From a virus (Duplodnaviria > Caudoviricetes), in IMG/VR virus record IMGVR_UViG_3300021399_000005, positions 64,001-128,000 of that record: a stretch of 64,000 nt of DNA; one strand, given 5' to 3'. Each line of letters opens with the position of its first letter. The stretch's first letter is position 1. Positions 20,733-31,900 of the stretch are shown here, in pieces. A program made the translations under genes and the position numbers. Under the pieces are notes generated by a model. That model saw nothing but the letters and a program-made list of their open reading frames with translations, was not told where the DNA came from and did no database searches.

Positions 20733-21083
20733 TTAAAGAGGAGGATTATATGGATGTGGTAGAGGCATCCAAGCTTCTACCTGTTTAAGGTCATAAATTT
20801 CGCCATCATAGGGATCTTTCCAGGCAAGTTTACCTTCCCATTCAATTAAATTTAAAATAAAACAATCTTTCCACATCCAACAGAGAACTTCTTCATTTAT
20901 CAATGGACGAGCAACATAACAAGGAATCCAGTTACCATATTCAAGACGATATGTCACAGGAGGACGAGTTATAATTTCCTTTTCTGCAGTTCCAAAATAC
21001 CCTCCTTGATTCCTAACAATAATTTTATCATTTCTAATTTCGTCTACATATCCATGAACCCAAATTTCTTCATCAATTTTCAT
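20733..21083 (-). CDS. DUF551-like phage protein
   Basis: WIPC..RP..VEAWMPLPHPY. Confidence 0.75.
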   Translation of the reverse strand: MKIDEEIWVHGYVDEIRNDKIIVRNQGGYFGTAEKEIITRPPVTYRLEYGNWIPCYVARPLINEEVLCWMWKDCFILNLIEWEGKLAWKDPYDGEIYDLKQVEAWMPLPHPYNPPL

Positions 21084-21086
21084 ATA

Positions 21087-21407
21087 CTATACTCCTTTTG
21101 GCGGGATTGGCAATGGCATCCACGCAATTATTCCATAACAAATCCTATAATCATTTTCTACAAAGAAATCAGAATAAGAGCCGCATTGTGCGCGAAAGAC
21201 TCTTCCTATCTCCATGGCGCCAGCTTTATCACAAGCAAGAACGTCTTGATGTGGAGAAGGCAAACCATCTTTACACATTGTCCACTTTGGAGTTTCAATA
21301 TATTCTTGAGGTGGAAAAATAATGATATTACTAGGATTACTATAAGCCTTTATATCTGCCAATTGTTTTTTAAAATTAGGGTCTTCCCAAGGTTTCCAAT
21401 TACTCAT
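21087..21407 (-). CDS. DUF551-like phage protein
   Basis: WTMCKDGLP..IIAWMPLPIPP. Confidence 0.75.
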   Translation of the reverse strand: MSNWKPWEDPNFKKQLADIKAYSNPSNIIIFPPQEYIETPKWTMCKDGLPSPHQDVLACDKAGAMEIGRVFRAQCGSYSDFFVENDYRICYGIIAWMPLPIPPKGV

Positions 21408-21560
21408 TACTCAAATCCCTTTCTTTTTTTATAAATTCTATAAAATTTTCTGCGCCTTGCTCATTAAAAAATTTCTCTAATAAAAGACCTATTTCCCAAG
21501 CGGCAATGGCATATCCAATTATAAACCACATACCAAAAAGTAAAGCCATAACAAATACTC

Positions 21561-21815
21561 TTAATAACATTTTACCACCTCGTCAGCACTTTGAGTCAAT
21601 TCTTTAATAATTCTATCAAGCATTTTTTCACCGTCTTCAACACTAAAACATTCTGATAGTTGTAAAAAACGAGGTTCTTCTGCCCCTGTATGATGCATCA
21701 ACGTTGCGCAAACACAAACAACACCATATTCTTCTAAGTATTTATTTTGAATACCCAAGGTTTCAATGCTATTAACATTAACAAAAATTCCATCATAAGT
21801 TTTTAAAAATCTCAT
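21561..21815 (-). CDS. hypothetical protein
   Basis: ORF with RBS. Confidence 0.6.
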   Translation of the reverse strand: MRFLKTYDGIFVNVNSIETLGIQNKYLEEYGVVCVCATLMHHTGAEEPRFLQLSECFSVEDGEKMLDRIIKELTQSADEVVKCY

Positions 21816-21818
21816 TTT

Positions 21819-22106
21819 CTATCCTCCAAAATAAAGTGCAAGCGCAATTAAATAATGAAAGATTTTGTCTGTTGTATAATTAAAAACTTTAATACATTTA
21901 TGAAAATCAATTGCTAAATGCATTACAAACAATATAATAATTCTCCAATCAATTCCATATATAACAGCAAATGGTATACAGTATAATGCACAATGAACTA
22001 ATAAGTGATAGAAGTTGTGACTTTTAGTCTTGGCCAAAAAGTCATTTTGCAGAACATAATCTCCAACTAAATGACAAAATATTATTGTAACTATTTTTTC
22101 CACCAT
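21819..22106 (-). CDS. DUF3307-like membrane protein
   Basis: HLVGDYVLQ..LVHCALY..HLAID..DKIFH. Confidence 0.7.
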   Translation of the reverse strand: MVEKIVTIIFCHLVGDYVLQNDFLAKTKSHNFYHLLVHCALYCIPFAVIYGIDWRIIILFVMHLAIDFHKCIKVFNYTTDKIFHYLIALALYFGG

Positions 22107-22444
22107 TTCTTTTTTTCCTCCCACATAGAGCAATAATCATTATTATTAACTACGACAGTATTTTCATCAGGTCTACTACAAAATCCATTTTCTGAATGAT
22201 ATCTGCAATTTTTACATATAGTTTTTTCATTTGCTCTTGAACAAAAGTCCTTATCGGGAACAATTGTGTCAATAATACCTTTTGAGCAATCAGAGCCTCT
22301 TATAAATAAATTCACATAACGTCTATTGTAATATTCACAATCTTTGCATCTAATTAATTTAACTTCAGACAAATTAACAATGGCATCATCCATTGTAAAA
22401 TATTTATCTGGAATTTTTACAATATATTCTTTATTTTGATTCAT
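22091..22444 (-). CDS. Cys-rich phage protein (two CKxC..FCS repeats)
   Basis: IRCKDCEYY..DFCS and CKNCRY..DYCS. Confidence 0.65.
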   Translation of the reverse strand: MNQNKEYIVKIPDKYFTMDDAIVNLSEVKLIRCKDCEYYNRRYVNLFIRGSDCSKGIIDTIVPDKDFCSRANEKTICKNCRYHSENGFCSRPDENTVVVNNNDYCSMWEEKKKWWKK

Positions 22445-22598
22445 TATTTTCTTTTTCTTTATCTATATAACGTTTGTTATAGTATTCACAATCTTTATAT
22501 ATAATTAGTTTAAGTTCAGATAAATTAATAATAGTATCGTCTACCATAATATATTTATCTGGAAATTTTGCAACATATTTTTTAATATCTTTCGACAT
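22431..22598 (-). CDS. truncated paralog of the N-terminus of 22091..22444 (55 aa)
   Basis: Manual translation KYVAKFPDKYIMVDDTIINLSELKLIIYKDCEYYNKRY versus EYIVKIPDKYFTMDDAIVNLSEVKLIRCKDCEYYNRRY. Confidence 0.6.
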   Translation of the reverse strand: MSKDIKKYVAKFPDKYIMVDDTIINLSELKLIIYKDCEYYNKRYIDKEKENNESK

Positions 22599-22968
22599 TT
22601 TTTACATCTATTTCTAAACTCAAAAGTCTTGTAACATCTTCTTCTGTATGCCCATCCCAATGTTTTGCTACTGGTAATTCTTGACAATCAAACAAATCGT
22701 AATATTCAGTTTGATAGTGATATGTATAACTACCTTCTGGCGTATCAATTCCAACAATAAACCATCCACCACCAAAACAATACTCACCATCTTCGTGCTT
22801 TAAAGACTTCCATGCTTTCGATTTATTCTGTTTGACTATCACGGCAAACAACATCATTCGTTGATAATATAATTGATTAAAAGTATGAAAACCATCAGAA
22901 AAATCTCCGATGTCATTTAAATCATATATATTACAAATTAATTTTTTATCTACTTCTGATAACTTCAT
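22582..22968 (-). CDS. conserved phage protein (WDGH motif)
   Basis: SDGFHTFNQLY..AWKS..H..GWFIVGI..WDGHT. Confidence 0.7.
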   Translation of the reverse strand: MKLSEVDKKLICNIYDLNDIGDFSDGFHTFNQLYYQRMMLFAVIVKQNKSKAWKSLKHEDGEYCFGGGWFIVGIDTPEGSYTYHYQTEYYDLFDCQELPVAKHWDGHTEEDVTRLLSLEIDVKNVERY

Positions 22969-24293
22969 TTTTTTCCCTTTCTTTTCTGTACTATTTTGTG
23001 CGTTAAATATTCTTGCCAACATTTCCAAGACTCCTTTTGTTTACAATTTTCACACCAATCATAATGTATGAAATCGTTTATTGATTCATATTGACATGGA
23101 GTCCCCAGGACTGACGCCAAATCTCTACTAATTGCTTCAATTATAACTTCAGCTTCCCAAGTATCGATTATACTATGTACTGAACTTAATAATATTTCTG
23201 ATTCTAATTTATTCATTATTCTTTTCCTTTTGCATACGCACAATAGAAATCTTCTGGTGGACAAAAAAGCGCTCCACTAAAACCCATAGGTTCTAAACAT
23301 AAGTCCAAATCTTCACTATGGCAATATTCTCCATCAAAATACTTACAATCTTTACATTGAATTAACTTTTCATGATACCAATATGTACCATATTCATCGT
23401 TGCGCAGAACTAAAATTTCTTTCATTCTTCTTCCCTTTCTGCTAAAACAAAATATGTATTATCTCTTAAGCATCTGATTTCATACCCAACATCAAGATAA
23501 CAAGGGCATTCCTCTCTTAAACATGGCATAAAGTATTCGTTGTAATAATATTCGCCAGCCACAGTTAATGAAGCTTTTTTCTCTCCATGTATACGAAATG
23601 GGCATGGTTTAATTTTTACCATTCTTCTTCTACCTCTTCAAAATCAAATAATTTTGGTTTATGTTCTTTGTATCCTCTGATAATTCCTATACATGGAACC
23701 AAAGGACACCGTGTATCCTTTTCGTTATTAATATGGTCATCAATCAATGGACATATCTTTTGTTCATCCCATTCCCAATATCCATCATCCTCTTCCCATT
23801 CAAACTCTTCAACTTTTAGAATGGGACATTCTTCGCATGATTTTGGCATTTCCATGTTTCTAATCGCTATCATTTTTTACCTCAATCAAAGGGCAATTTC
23901 TGTGCCGTTCTATTCTAACATCTGTACAATGACGACTTCCTAAATCACCTAAAAAAACGCAAGCAAGATTTTCCATTCCTAAATAAAAACTTAATGGACA
24001 ACATATACAACTATTAGGCATCTCTTCATTTATCGCTATCATTCAATATCTCCTTTATAGTTTGAATTGTCATTCACTAACCATGAGATAACATATTCAA
24101 GTACACTAGCAGTATTCTCTTCGTTATCAAAACTAATCATTAAAGAAATGTATTCATCTGCATCAAAGTTATTTAAATCTACTGCCACTTCAAATATATG
24201 TTTATCTTTTAAATCCATTCTCTTTATAACATGTATTGCTCTGATTGTATCAACATTAATCATTGTATTTCTTTGCATTAAAATCCGTTTCAT
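22965..24293 (-). other. six small hypothetical CDS (22965-23216, 23216-23425, 23422-23622, 23616-23873, 23860-24042, 24039-24293), several Cys-rich
   Basis: Overlapping start/stop packing; MPxSCxxCP..CPL motif in two of them. Confidence 0.6.
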
Positions 24294-24630
24294 TCTTTTT
24301 CTTTCCCCTATATGGTTCTGGCAATTCCATCCACGCTGTGACTTCTTCTCAGTCAAGATCGAAAGTGCTTTCCCAATAATCTCCTTGAAACGTTGCCGTA
24401 GCAACATAATTCATATCCATAGATACTAGTACGTATTGTCCTATTTCGGGTAATCTTTCGGTAATAGGAATCCATTCATTCGCTATTGGAAGGCTATCCA
24501 ACATTCGTTTAATCGCTACACATGCATTTCTATATCCCATGATTCCATATTCATTGTCTGTAAATGTGGACATTTCATTTAATTTTGCATCAATTCTAGC
24601 AACGGCTTCATCTGCGTCAATCAGTCTCAT
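24256..24630 (-). CDS. DUF551-like protein read through an internal TGA (Trp), 124 aa
   Basis: After TGA 24349-24351 the frame continues EEVTAWMELPEPY, completing the DUF551 motif, and stops at TAA 24256. Confidence 0.8.
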
Positions 24631-24867
24631 TTTATCTTTCCTTAATTATCTGTTCATTTTCAAATATAGATAAAGCATAATTACTGTACCAATCATATAT
24701 ATAGCAGTTATAATTACTTCATTCATTTATCTCACCCTAACACAGAACCAGAAAAGCTATAAATAGTATCAAAATTCGAACAACAATACCCCAATCTTCT
24801 GCTTTTTGCGCCCTATAGAAGATTGACCCAGCCATAGCACCAACAGTCATTCTTAATATGGTTTCAA

Positions 24868-25272
24868 TCATTCTTCTTCTCCTTCAGGTTTATATCCAAG
24901 CCATCCATAATGTTTTGCTACTACATCAAACTGTCTGTGATGATACCATCCATCATCGCCATCAAGATTAAGTCCATTCTCAAGTACTTTACACCATGCA
25001 TTAACAACCATAGCCATTAGCTCTGAAGATATACCTCGTTCATCTTCTGCTTTTTCATGTCCAAATTCAACATCTTCTTTCAATTGTGCAAGAACATTTT
25101 CCTCAGTCCACTCAAGAGGTGTATGTGTCGCCCCCTCTTTAAGATGAAATCCATATTTATCCCATTCATCAGATGGAAGAAAATCTAAAAATCTATTTGT
25201 CCATCTTTTATCAAGAAAATCATCTTCTTCAAATTCGTTATAATGTTCTTTAACATACTCTAATGTTTTCAT
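24868..25272 (-). CDS. conserved hypothetical phage protein
   Basis: 134-aa ORF with GAGG RBS. Confidence 0.7.
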   Translation of the reverse strand: MKTLEYVKEHYNEFEEDDFLDKRWTNRFLDFLPSDEWDKYGFHLKEGATHTPLEWTEENVLAQLKEDVEFGHEKAEDERGISSELMAMVVNAWCKVLENGLNLDGDDGWYHHRQFDVVAKHYGWLGYKPEGEEE

Positions 25273-25426
25273 TTTACTTTACCTCAAATGATAATAAAAT
25301 ATTACTCCAATTATTGTTATCACAAGAGAAATAATTAACAACCACCATTTCTCCTGTTCAATTGCATTTAATATAAGTTTTGTCATAAGGTATAAAAATG
25401 CTAAATAAACTATCAACGTTTCCATC

Positions 25427-25897
25427 TTATCTCACCTCAAACAAAGCCTTTACAATTCTCTTATTTCCGATTTGTTCACAAGCGTTAACCGCTTCTTCAT
25501 ATGAATCAAAATAAATAAACCCTTGGTACGGTTCACCCACTTCAAAACGTGTAGCTTGATTGTGTTTATCTAGCCGCAATATCCAATTCTCTCCACTTTT
25601 CTTAAACCATCTTCTACCACCATATTTGAGTAATAGAGTTTCAACTTTACGTCTTTCGACATCCCTTTCTGCATCTTCTTGAGTGAGAAATACATTCCCC
25701 ATGTCTCGTTCACCTTTGCAAGACTCATACCATGCATTAAACATAATAGCGCCATCAATATCAGTATAATAATACGTATCTCCATTTGGTAAATCCCAAA
25801 CTGTTGTAGCTTCAGGAGGTTCTAATTTTTCAATTAATTCATCTGATATGGTATATTCACCATATGTACTCATCAAATCTTTTATTTTTATTTTCAT
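25427..25897 (-). CDS. hypothetical protein, paralog of 26088..26573
   Basis: Shared VETLLLKYGGRRWFK..IYFDS..ALFEV. Confidence 0.7.
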   Translation of the reverse strand: MKIKIKDLMSTYGEYTISDELIEKLEPPEATTVWDLPNGDTYYYTDIDGAIMFNAWYESCKGERDMGNVFLTQEDAERDVERRKVETLLLKYGGRRWFKKSGENWILRLDKHNQATRFEVGEPYQGFIYFDSYEEAVNACEQIGNKRIVKALFEVR

Positions 25898-26087
25898 ATA
25901 TTTATTCCTTTTTGCTACTATTTTGTGAACGTATGATATAAGGGGCATACATCAATCCAAGCATAATTGCCCTCATCTCTTAAGCTGTTAGCCATTTTCA
26001 GCGCTGAACTTTCATTGTCAAACACTGTAATTATTGGTTCAATGTCTTCGTGTCTCCTATACGATACCACATATACATAAGTCATTT

Positions 26088-26573
26088 TTATTTTACCTCA
26101 AACAGGGCGTTTTCAACTCTTTTTTCTCCGATTTTAAAAATTGCATCCATTAGTTCTTTTCTTGAATCAAAATAAATTATGCCTGGTAATTGATCTTGTA
26201 GCGAAAAATTAAGATATGTTGCATGTAAATCATAGTTCATTGCAATATACCAATTATTCATATTATTTTTAAACCAACGTCTGCCACCATATTTTAACAA
26301 TAATGTTTCCACTTCTCGACGCTCTTTTTCTCCTGCTGCTTCTTTATAAGTCAAAAAAGTATTACCTGCTTTTCGGAGGTTTAAATCAATTTCATCTTCA
26401 CACCAATGATGAATACCTATATTTCCTTCTCCATCAATCCAATTATATAAATCATTATACTTTAAATTCCAAATCGTTTTAGGTTTAGGTTTCTCAAGAA
26501 GTTCAAATTTATCAATAAATTCTTGTGGAACCTCATACTCTCCAAATTTATTAATTAAATCTTTTAATTTCAT
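26088..26573 (-). CDS. hypothetical protein, paralog of 25427..25897
   Basis: Same shared motifs as 25427..25897. Confidence 0.7.
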   Translation of the reverse strand: MKLKDLINKFGEYEVPQEFIDKFELLEKPKPKTIWNLKYNDLYNWIDGEGNIGIHHWCEDEIDLNLRKAGNTFLTYKEAAGEKERREVETLLLKYGGRRWFKNNMNNWYIAMNYDLHATYLNFSLQDQLPGIIYFDSRKELMDAIFKIGEKRVENALFEVK

Positions 26574-26641
26574 ATATTCTCCTCTATTGTAATCTATCTA
26601 AATTACCAAAAAAATAATCAACTTATATGATTCCACTCGCA

Positions 26642-27183
26642 TTATCCAAGCTCATCAAAATCCAATATTTCAATACACTTTTCATCAATTTGATTTTTAA
26701 AAGTTAAATCACTAAAGTTAAATCCTAAAAGCTTTCCATTTCTACTCTTATAGTCTTTATTTAGAAAAATAGTCCATACTTCATCCTTATAAATTATTCG
26801 TTTTGGATACTTTCCAGTATACCACAAACACATTAATTCAAAATAAGATATTTTTTCTGTTTTAGTTTTCATTATTACATTCTCCTTATGCCTGGCGGCG
26901 GCCAGATTAAAATATCATCATCTTTTGCAGCAAAAACAATATCTAAAACTTCAATGTCTTTTGAATGCATTAACTCTCCAATACTTAAGCCGCCCATTCT
27001 TTTTATAAGTCCACCATGATCAACAAGAAGGTCTATTGGTCGATAATCTTTCATAGCTGTTACATATAAATATTCTTTTTCACGATATTTTATTCGTGTG
27101 GGGATATTATTTGTATATAAAAGACTTAGTAGCTCAAAAAAGGTTATTTTGTTTTCTTTTCTTTTTGTTGGTTGAAATCCCAT
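26642..27183 (-). other. two paralogous hypothetical CDS (26642-26872, 26875-27183)
   Basis: Shared KI(S/T)xFELxxLxYT..PxRIxY..KDY..IE(I/V)LD. Confidence 0.65.
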
Positions 27184-27443
27184 CTTTCTTCATCTCTCTT
27201 TTCAGCAATTAAAATACAAGTCATAAAGGTTGCAAAACAAGCTGTAAATACAATAGATAAAAACCAAAAAATACTAACAGTCAGCAGGCTCATCTATTTT
27301 TCCCTCCTGTTTATATCCAGTAATGTATTTTACTCCTTCTACATCAGTGAAAGTATTTAAATCTTTAACGTATTTTTCAAGAGCTTCTAATCTTAACTGC
27401 ATTTCTAATCGCCAAGCTTTTTCATCATTGATATAATCTCTTT

Positions 27444-27863
27444 TCATTCTTCTTTTCTCTTTTCTCTTTCCTTTCTTATTTTTAAATATCTTTCTAATAA
27501 AGATTCAGTAATGTTCAATTCTGCTCTAATAGCATTTAAATCATTTAATTCTTGCTGCCAGGCGTGGTACAGAGCCTTTGCCGCAATTTCATCTGGATTA
27601 TAATCTTTCTTTTGTGTTAAACAATCATAAGTATGATGAAGAGTTTTTACTCTTTCTTCTGCTAGTGGAATTTCTTCTCTTAAAACTTCTATCATGGCTC
27701 TATATTCAGCAATAGCAAGTCCAATTCTCCAACGAAATTCATCTTCTGGATGACAATAAGCAACACCAAGAGATTCCTTTTTATGATACTTTGCTGTTAC
27801 ATAACATCTGCGCCTTTCTTCATCAACTACTTGTTTAAAACTAACATTTCCTTTATTAAACAT
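27444..27863 (-). CDS. hypothetical phage protein (AxCHPED motif)
   Basis: Related to 33711..34034. Confidence 0.65.
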   Translation of the reverse strand: MFNKGNVSFKQVVDEERRRCYVTAKYHKKESLGVAYCHPEDEFRWRIGLAIAEYRAMIEVLREEIPLAEERVKTLHHTYDCLTQKKDYNPDEIAAKALYHAWQQELNDLNAIRAELNITESLLERYLKIRKEREKRKEE

Positions 27864-28086
27864 CTTCCTTATATTCCTTTCCTATATAATAACCATTTTT
27901 AAATCGTTCTAAAAATTTTGCTACATCCTTATCATCGTAACATTCAACATGATTAACCACCTCTTTACAATTAATACACCAAAGTTGCTTTAAGTGCATT
28001 TTTTCTCTAAGTTTGTTTTGTTTTCGCACTACAGGGATTCCTTTGGCACCACACTTACAGCAATAGAAATTATGAGATTCAATCAT
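27856..28086 (-). CDS. Zn-ribbon protein (L33-like fold)
   Basis: CCKCG..HLKQLWCINCK..HVE. Confidence 0.5.
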   Translation of the reverse strand: MIESHNFYCCKCGAKGIPVVRKQNKLREKMHLKQLWCINCKEVVNHVECYDDKDVAKFLERFKNGYYIGKEYKEDV

Positions 28087-28126
28087 TTTTTCACCTCTTT
28101 TCTTTATATATTATATAATATATTTT

Positions 28127-29101
28127 TTACATTGTCAAGTCATAAAACTGGTCAGCGAAAATTTTCTTTCTACTAGGGCTAGAAAGTTTCTTTAAAGCCT
28201 TTTTAAAAAGCTGTTCTACTCTAGTATGAGATAACCCAACACTCTTTCCAATTTCTGCCCATGTTTTTTCTTGCCCATCATCCAATCCAAAACGTTGACG
28301 AACAATAGCAATTTCTCTTTCGTCGCCAAGAGTAGATAACATTTTATCTACTAATTCTTTATTTGCGGTTTGCGCAAAGGCTTGCTCTGGAGTTCTTATA
28401 GACGTGTCCGCGCACAAATCTTCCAAAGAATCATCAGTATCATCTGAAACTTTTTGACTTAAAGATAACGGTGTTAAAGAATGGTCTAAAAGCAATTTTA
28501 CTTCTGCTGAGTTGTAACCAGTTAAAGAGGCCAATTCCTCTATTGTTGGAGATTCTCCATTTTCTTGCTCAAAATCTTTTTTACATTTATTTACATAATT
28601 AAGTTTACTAATTATATTTTCTGGCAAACGAATATTCCTTGATTGTTCTGACAACCCTCTTAAAATAGCTTGACGAATCCAATAGGTAGCAAATGTGGCA
28701 AACTTATTTCCTTTTGTCACGTCATATTTGTCTGCGGCAGTCATTAACCCCATATTACCCATTTGAATAATATCTAAATTACTGACAGGGGTTTTATAAA
28801 AATATTTTTTAGCAATAGAAACTACTAGGCGCAAGTTTGCATTTATAAGTTTTTCTTTTGCGGCTTCCCTTTGGTCTGTCAATAAGGCGTACCCTAATTC
28901 TCGTTCTTCTTCTGGAGTTAACATAGGATAACTTCCAATCTCTTGAAGATATAGTTTAAAAATGTTTGAACTTTTCTTATTTTCATCTTCAATAATTAAA
29001 ATATCATTATCTCGACAAAATTTTTCTTCTTCTTCTGTTAAAGAAGATTTATAGAGGAAACCTCCTTGCTCTTGCGCTCTTTCAAATAAATTTTCTACCA
29101 T
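28127..29101 (-). CDS. RNA polymerase sigma factor (sigma70/RpoD family)
   Basis: YLQEIG, NLRLVVSIAK, DIIQMGNMGL, FATFATYWIRQAI, IRLP and region-4 HTH. Confidence 0.93.
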   Translation of the reverse strand: MVENLFERAQEQGGFLYKSSLTEEEEKFCRDNDILIIEDENKKSSNIFKLYLQEIGSYPMLTPEEERELGYALLTDQREAAKEKLINANLRLVVSIAKKYFYKTPVSNLDIIQMGNMGLMTAADKYDVTKGNKFATFATYWIRQAILRGLSEQSRNIRLPENIISKLNYVNKCKKDFEQENGESPTIEELASLTGYNSAEVKLLLDHSLTPLSLSQKVSDDTDDSLEDLCADTSIRTPEQAFAQTANKELVDKMLSTLGDEREIAIVRQRFGLDDGQEKTWAEIGKSVGLSHTRVEQLFKKALKKLSSPSRKKIFADQFYDLTM

Positions 29102-29373
29102 TCGTTTTTTATTCCTTTCAATAAAATAGTTTCATCTTTTATTCTTTTAACATATGGATTTTCTGACATGTCAATAACCGTTAAATAGTGTAAAAAAGAA
29201 CATCTATTTAATTTTCGACTTAAAATTTTTACAGCTGGTTGAATTTTAACGGGGACGTATTCTATTGGATAATCTTTTTCATCAACCAAGTAATAAAATA
29301 AGGTTATTAAATAACAATTAGAAAAATCCAAATGTCTAGAAGCTCTTTTTGCTATTATATAAACTTCTTTCAT
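29095..29373 (-). CDS. hypothetical protein
   Basis: ORF upstream of the sigma gene, behind a TTGACT-TATAAT promoter. Confidence 0.55.
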   Translation of the reverse strand: MKEVYIIAKRASRHLDFSNCYLITLFYYLVDEKDYPIEYVPVKIQPAVKILSRKLNRCSFLHYLTVIDMSENPYVKRIKDETILLKGIKNEW

Positions 29374-29557
29374 TTTACTTTACCTCTTTTCATATATAAT
29401 AATTATATAATAAATTTTTTTAATAGTCAAATTTTAAAAATAATAAAATTTTTGGTATATAATAAAGGTTTTTTGGAGAAAAGGAAAAGGGAGTCTGAAA
29501 AACTCCCCTATTATAATTATACCAAATTTTTCTTAAACGTAAAAATAAGCCTCGTCA

Positions 29558-29995
29558 TTAGACGAGGCTTAAAGAATTATTTTTAGCTAAAATAGTAAAT
29601 GATAGATTGTATAGATACATATCCATACCATCTATAATTAAATGTGTTAAGTTTTTAAATTCTGTTTCTTTAAAAGTAATTTTTTGACCATAATATATCT
29701 TGATAGGAGTGCCATCTTTACTAGAAATAAAAAGAATTTTATTCTTGTATTTGTATTTTTCATCAACTTGTCCCATCATCTCTATTAAAGGGTATTCATC
29801 GTCCCACATTATTGCTGGGATTCCATCATTAAAAATTCCAAAAGATGAATCAACATTAAAAGTTAAGATAGACTTACCTGTTATTAGCTGTAGTAAATTA
29901 AATCTTAATAAACCGTAGGAAATTTCAGGACAAATAGAAAAGTTAAATTTTAAGGATTCGTTTCCTTTATTATTATATGAAATTACTCTAAACAT
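29558..29995 (-). CDS. hypothetical protein
   Basis: Own promoter, RBS and terminator. Confidence 0.6.
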   Translation of the reverse strand: MFRVISYNNKGNESLKFNFSICPEISYGLLRFNLLQLITGKSILTFNVDSSFGIFNDGIPAIMWDDEYPLIEMMGQVDEKYKYKNKILFISSKDGTPIKIYYGQKITFKETEFKNLTHLIIDGMDMYLYNLSFTILAKNNSLSLV

Positions 29996-30041
29996 ATTTT
30001 TCTCCTATATAATATATTATACCAAAATTTTTTTTATGTTT

Positions 30042-30635
30042 CTACTGAGGGTTTTCTTCTAAAGAATAATAAACGATATATGTACCAGGTAAATCGCTTG
30101 CAAAAGTAACAGATTTATTGGTAATTTCAACAATTTTGTCTGAATCTACAGGTTGAGCTGAGCCAGATTGATCAGTATATCCTAATTTTAAATTGTCATG
30201 AGAAGAACTTTCTCCAGAGTAAGAAATTGTAAAAATCATTTCTGTTAAAGGAGCAACTTCATGTCCTTCTCCATCTAAGAAAGAAATGTTAATTCCAAAT
30301 AAACCTTGTTCTGGTAAGTTTGCTTTAGAAAGTTTTAATTCTGCATTTGCAGGTAATGACTCCTCATCTGTTTTTTGGATAGAAACAGAAACGTTTCCTA
30401 GTGTTTTATTTAATCCTTCTCCAGTTTCAACTTCTTCTTCCTCTTCTTCTTCTGCACCCAATAAAAGTAATGCTTCTTCAATAGTTTTTTGGTCTTCTGT
30501 AAAGCTACCATTTTCTATACCATATTTATTTAAGACTTCTAAAATGGTAACATTATTTTTTTCTGTGTCTATATCTATTTCTTTTCCAGAAATTTTTTCA
30601 AGAAAAATTTTTACTGCTTTCTCAATATTATACAT
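30042..30635 (-). CDS. putative virion/surface protein with beta-rich C-terminal domain
   Basis: Acidic linker, then a beta-sandwich-like region ending VTFASDLPGTYIVY. Confidence 0.45.
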   Translation of the reverse strand: MYNIEKAVKIFLEKISGKEIDIDTEKNNVTILEVLNKYGIENGSFTEDQKTIEEALLLLGAEEEEEEEVETGEGLNKTLGNVSVSIQKTDEESLPANAELKLSKANLPEQGLFGINISFLDGEGHEVAPLTEMIFTISYSGESSSHDNLKLGYTDQSGSAQPVDSDKIVEITNKSVTFASDLPGTYIVYYSLEENPQ

Positions 30636-30651
30636 ATTTTATTCCTCCTTT

Positions 30652-31569
30652 TTATTTATTAAAAGTTCCTAGTGGCAGAGAGTCTCCACCAAGAACAGAA
30701 AAATATATTACATTTTTTGGAATTGTTACTGAAGTAAAGTTTTCTGCTGTCGTTGGAAATCTTGGGATGACTCTAAAAATAAATCCATCTGCTGTACTTT
30801 TAGCAAGTCCAACTTCTACACGAGCATTAACAATATCTTCTGTATTTCCTGGTTTTGTTGCTGCGTAAATTAAACCAGAAGTATTTTGCATACTTTTTAT
30901 TGTAAAATTAGATTCAGCAATAACATAACTATTATTTTGTTCAATATAAAGAACTCCTGTTGTAGAAACATCTGCAAAGCAAGTATCTCCACTTTCTTTT
31001 GGTGTAATAGATACCGCTTCAGAAACTTTAAAGCCGATTATAAAAGTCCCAATAAAAGTATCTCCATTTGCAAATCTAATAAAACCAGAAGAGGCAGAAA
31101 GATTGTGTGAAGCACCATCAATTTTAAAAGATACCATAGTACTATAATAAGCGTAGGCTTCAGCAACTGTTTTATTATTTTTTACTATTTTTATTGGACG
31201 ACAAAGGTGTTTGTTATAAAAATATTTATTTGCATTACTGTTGAATCTGGTTTCATTAACAATTAAATTAGGGTATCCCGCAGAAGTTGATTCTAAAAAT
31301 GGAGTTTTAAATTCATTTTTTGTTATTGTTTCTTCTCTTGTAAATAAATCATAAAAAACATCTATATATCCTCCAGCACCATCTTCTCCAATAATTCTTT
31401 CTTTTGGTGCGATAGCAAAATTTAAAGACATTTTATTTATTGCATCTTTGATTGTTTTTTCATCGCTTGAGTTATAGGTATTTAATATATCTTTAATTTT
31501 ACTTTTTTCGTCAAGATTTAAATCAGAAAGGGATAAATATTCTTTTAATTCTGTTTTAATATTGTTCAT
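30652..31569 (-). CDS. putative structural protein
   Basis: Ser/Thr/Gly-rich beta-type C-terminus. Confidence 0.4.
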   Translation of the reverse strand: MNNIKTELKEYLSLSDLNLDEKSKIKDILNTYNSSDEKTIKDAINKMSLNFAIAPKERIIGEDGAGGYIDVFYDLFTREETITKNEFKTPFLESTSAGYPNLIVNETRFNSNANKYFYNKHLCRPIKIVKNNKTVAEAYAYYSTMVSFKIDGASHNLSASSGFIRFANGDTFIGTFIIGFKVSEAVSITPKESGDTCFADVSTTGVLYIEQNNSYVIAESNFTIKSMQNTSGLIYAATKPGNTEDIVNARVEVGLAKSTADGFIFRVIPRFPTTAENFTSVTIPKNVIYFSVLGGDSLPLGTFNK

Positions 31570-31596
31570 ATATTTTATTCCTCGCTTTCTAATTTT

Positions 31597-31794
31597 CTAT
31601 ATAGATAAAAGAGTATTTGTTGATTTAGACCATTCCCCTTCACTGTTAATTATATAAATATCTCCAGTTTCAATAATATATGCTATACATCCCATTTTTA
31701 TATTTGTAGGAAGGTTTTCAATATCTTCTTCTTTATCACAAATAAAAGTTTTTAGCCCTTGAGTCGGACCATTTTTATAAATTTGAATTGCCAT
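31597..31794 (-). CDS. small phage protein (fiber/decoration-type motif)
   Basis: DIENLPT..MGCIAYIIETGDIYIINSEGEW. Confidence 0.5.
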   Translation of the reverse strand: MAIQIYKNGPTQGLKTFICDKEEDIENLPTNIKMGCIAYIIETGDIYIINSEGEWSKSTNTLLSI

Positions 31795-31900
31795 AATAAA
31801 GTCCTCCTTTTTTTCTTATCTTTTTTAATACAAGAGAAATAAAGAGAATAAAAGAAATTTGACCAAAAAAATAAAGACGGTTTAATTAAACCGTCTTAAA

